26,654 bases of DNA from a virus (Duplodnaviria; Caudoviricetes). Below, piece by piece: positions 24,470 to 26,654 of this stretch. The stretch spans positions 1 to 26,654 of IMG/VR virus record IMGVR_UViG_3300016476_001170; one strand, given 5' to 3'. A program made the position numbers and the translations under genes. Each line of letters opens with the position of its first letter. Position 1 is the stretch's first letter. Below the pieces are notes generated by a model. The model did no database searches, had not been told where the DNA came from, and saw only the letters and a list, made by a program, of their open reading frames with translations.

Positions 24470-24897
24470 TGTGTTTCACGCTCTAGTAGATATTTACTGG
24501 CTTCGGGTCCTAAAGCATTGAATTCTTCTAGTAGAGTTTTTGCGCGGTACTGAATCCAGCCCTGAACTATCGTATCCAGCTTTTCACTGCCCCTAACAAC
24601 ATCTGCAACGAAACCGGGAATTGTTCCGTAGGTCACAGCCTTTTCGATCCAGTGACGATCTACCACCATAAACTGGCTGTAATCAAATTCCCAAGAGTGA
24701 TTGTCAACGTCGACTCGAGCGTTTTTCTCGTGTTTACGATTATATGAATGGGGGCCGCCTAGACAACTTAGTACAGTATATTGCGACCCATTTACCTGTA
24801 CTACTAGGAAGTAAGGGCAGAACATTTCGTGCCAGTAATCTCCAGGCCGCGGGCCCTTTAGCGCAGCTTGATTGAGCTCATCGCGATTGTAATTCAC
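24466..24897 (-). CDS. hypothetical protein
   Basis: 143 aa; GTGA overlap with upstream gene. Confidence 0.8.
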   Translation of the reverse strand: MNYNRDELNQAALKGPRPGDYWHEMFCPYFLVVQVNGSQYTVLSCLGGPHSYNRKHEKNARVDVDNHSWEFDYSQFMVVDRHWIEKAVTYGTIPGFVADVVRGSEKLDTIVQGWIQYRAKTLLEEFNALGPEASKYLLERETQ

Positions 24898-25151
24898 AGC
24901 AGAATAGCCCTCAGCGTACCAACAGCGTAAATTGTAAGCAGACCTGCGTTAACTGCAATCATTGCATTGTCTCGAATACGCACAGCCCATACAAGAAAGA
25001 TAATTGCACCGATGTTTAGCAAGTACACATTTAAAGGATCAATTGCAAGGCTAGTAAGCACAGCACCCACAAGAGTGAATCCAGTTGCAACCCACTTTAG
25101 CAGTTCGTCGGTTTGACGATTAGTGAGATAAAATTTATCAATCGAATTCAC
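24894..25151 (-). CDS. small 3-TM membrane protein, 85 aa (start corrected from 25283)
   Basis: GTG at 25151 with AAGGA upstream; three hydrophobic segments. Confidence 0.75.
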   Translation of the reverse strand: MNSIDKFYLTNRQTDELLKWVATGFTLVGAVLTSLAIDPLNVYLLNIGAIIFLVWAVRIRDNAMIAVNAGLLTIYAVGTLRAILL

Positions 25152-25368
25152 AGTATTCTTCCTTTGCAGCATAATAATCGGCCATGGCGTCAAGCTCGGC
25201 CTCACTTGGGAAATCTGTATCCCGCTGGTCGTCAATGGCCTGCAGCTGGTCAAGAACATCATACACCGTTTGTACCGGCACATCTAGCATCATGGAAATA
25301 TAACTGGGATGCTTGCCTTCTTCCAGTAGCTCTTGAATTTCAATAAACAGGTCAGACATTTTGCTCAT
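25138..25368 (-). CDS. acidic hypothetical protein, possible HTH
   Basis: 76 aa; G.HPSYISMMLDVPVQTVY resembles an HTH; AAGGAG RBS. Confidence 0.8.
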   Translation of the reverse strand: MSKMSDLFIEIQELLEEGKHPSYISMMLDVPVQTVYDVLDQLQAIDDQRDTDFPSEAELDAMADYYAAKEEYCEFD

Positions 25369-25381
25369 TTACAGTTCTCCT

Positions 25382-25606
25382 TTAAAAACGATCCAGAATT
25401 TCTTGTGCGAGGAACAGTTCTTTGTCTTGTTCAACATCGTCGTCGATTACCGCAAGTTCAAGCATAACTTTCATCGACATTGCTTCTGCTTGCTGCGGAG
25501 CCGGAAGAGAATTAATAAAACGCTCAACTTCTTCTACAGTTTGCATCTCCCACATAAGTTGACAGATGCCAGCTTGCCGAACAGTTAGGTTTTCAAGACG
25601 GACCAT
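25382..25606 (-). CDS. hypothetical protein
   Basis: 74 aa; GGAG RBS, consensus promoter upstream. Confidence 0.85.
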   Translation of the reverse strand: MVRLENLTVRQAGICQLMWEMQTVEEVERFINSLPAPQQAEAMSMKVMLELAVIDDDVEQDKELFLAQEILDRF

Positions 25607-25623
25607 TTTTGCTCCAGTAGTGT

Positions 25624-25653
25624 ATTATACAGCCGAATCTTTAATTGTGTCAA
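25624..25653 (-). promoter_or_regulatory. consensus sigma70 promoter
   Basis: TTGACA-N18-TATAAT. Confidence 0.8.
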
Positions 25654-25905
25654 TTAGTCCTGCTGCGCCTCGACTACTGCGATAGCATCATCCATGTACA
25701 TGAAATATACATCAGACCCGCAGACATTAGCGGGGAGAAAACTATTAGCCTTGCGGTCAAACATTTGAACTAGAGTGCCGTGATTCCAAATTGGACGATC
25801 TTTGTTGGCCCGGCGAACCAGGACACCATGTTCATTGGCACGAAACCGATAAATCCAATTGCCCTGTACAGCTTGATGCACTTGTTCAAGTAGAGTGAGT
25901 TCCAT
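25654..25905 (-). CDS. hypothetical protein
   Basis: 83 aa ORF tiling the region. Confidence 0.75.
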   Translation of the reverse strand: MELTLLEQVHQAVQGNWIYRFRANEHGVLVRRANKDRPIWNHGTLVQMFDRKANSFLPANVCGSDVYFMYMDDAIAVVEAQQD

Positions 25906-25907
25906 GA

Positions 25908-26150
25908 TTATTGAGCCATGTCAAGTTGCACTACAATTCCATTCCAATTGCCGGCGAGACCGGTAGAGTGAGCAAGAATGTCGGTGCCACTACGCTGAAA
26001 CTCTAGAGCATCTAGGCACTTTTGAGTTGCTGCATTAAATGCAGACATATCACCGACACCATTGCGGATTTGTTTGGCAGTTGCATAGAAGCTTGCGTAG
26101 CCAGAAACAATGCGGAATTTTTGGCTCTGTTTAAAACGCTTGATTTCCAT
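25908..26150 (-). CDS. hypothetical protein, 80 aa (start corrected from 26249)
   Basis: MEIKRF start with AAGGAG; promoter at 26181-26209. Confidence 0.8.
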   Translation of the reverse strand: MEIKRFKQSQKFRIVSGYASFYATAKQIRNGVGDMSAFNAATQKCLDALEFQRSGTDILAHSTGLAGNWNGIVVQLDMAQ

Positions 26151-26180
26151 CGTCAACTCCTTTTTACTTACTATACCAAT

Positions 26181-26209
26181 ATTATAGCAAAAATGGGAAT
26201 TATTGTCTA
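26181..26209 (-). promoter_or_regulatory. sigma70-type early promoter (repeated cassette)
   Basis: TAGACA-ATAATTCCCATTTTTGC(17)-TATAAT. Confidence 0.8.
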
Positions 26210-26224
26210 CCAAAAAAGTAATAC

Positions 26225-26539
26225 TTAATACTGATTCAGCGCAGGGCACAGTTCGGCGATAATGCTGCGCTCAAAAGCGTGAGCATCTTTGCGGCCCCGG
26301 ACCACACCAATGACTTCAACTTCGAAAGCTTCTGCACCGTGCTCACGAATGCTCTTGCAGAGGGGCCAGTCCTTGTCCTCAGTCAGTGCACGACGAACAT
26401 GCTTCTGCATACGAACTTTGATGGCTTTTTTCAGCTGCTGGCCGCAAACAGTAATACCAATGTAGTACTCGCCGGTGTTAGTGTTCGCTAGCATATAGAT
26501 AGCGTGTTTGCGGTCTTGACGGGCTTTGCGTTTCATCAT
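26225..26539 (-). CDS. small GIY-YIG nuclease-domain protein, probably leaderless (start corrected from 26578)
   Basis: AIYMLANTNTGEYYIGIT, R...H, FEVEVI, ER..I..L.PALN. Confidence 0.8.
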   Translation of the reverse strand: MMKRKARQDRKHAIYMLANTNTGEYYIGITVCGQQLKKAIKVRMQKHVRRALTEDKDWPLCKSIREHGAEAFEVEVIGVVRGRKDAHAFERSIIAELCPALNQY

Positions 26540-26545
26540 ACCATT

Positions 26546-26574
26546 ATTATAACAAAAATGGTAATTTTCTGCAA
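26546..26574 (-). promoter_or_regulatory. sigma70-type early promoter (repeated cassette)
   Basis: TTGCAG-AAAATTACCATTTTTGT(17)-TATAAT. Confidence 0.8.
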
Positions 26575-26583
26575 TCAAAAAAA

Positions 26584-26613
26584 GTAGTACTAAAGTTTAA
26601 TTTTTAGTACTAC
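26584..26613. repeat. 11-bp inverted repeat upstream of an early promoter
   Basis: GTAGTACTAAA-N8-TTTAGTACTAC. Confidence 0.7.
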
Positions 26614-26654
26614 CTTTAAGTTAGTTAGCACTTACGCACTTCGCCTACGTAGAA

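Noticed and set aside
26225-26539. Intron-encoded homing endonuclease
   Set aside because: Free-standing with its own promoter, only the catalytic domain, and no split host gene around it
1-26654. CRISPR array, tRNA, rRNA, IS element or integrase
   Set aside because: No regularly spaced repeats, cloverleaf or transposase/integrase motifs seen; intergenic gaps are short and otherwise explained
1-26654. Alternative genetic code (stop recoding, as in some large phages)
   Set aside because: Recognisable genes are full length under the standard code, and TAA, TAG and TGA all serve as stops

Overview
Gene-dense, mostly minus-strand segment of a large lytic dsDNA phage (T4-like/jumbo type; inferred). 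The likely host is a Gram-negative proteobacterium, judged from sigma70 promoters, strong SD sites, an IbpA-type Hsp20, ClpS, curli genes and a phasin-like gene. Both ends carry short hypothetical early genes behind a repeated sigma70 promoter cassette with a conserved spacer. The middle carries uvsE; a nucleotide-sugar dehydrogenase/dioxygenase/amidinotransferase/methyltransferase-like operon; two paralogous holin-like membrane proteins; a csgF-csgG-curlin-FecR-CHASE2 adenylate cyclase module; a GGCT/exonuclease/clpS/hsp20/rpsU block; a methyltransferase, a GT2 glycosyltransferase and a tail-fibre-like protein. Highlights read from the sequence are: the curli-secretion plus cAMP module with a stand-alone copy of the cyclase C-terminus beside it; an RBS-occluding hairpin with a TAAATA late-promoter motif in its loop at csgF; a candidate sRNA with an anti-SD loop; a ROSE-type thermometer on hsp20; a PhaR-like palindrome over the phasin-like promoter; and several apparently leaderless genes. 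All family calls come from recognising motifs by eye; no searches were run.
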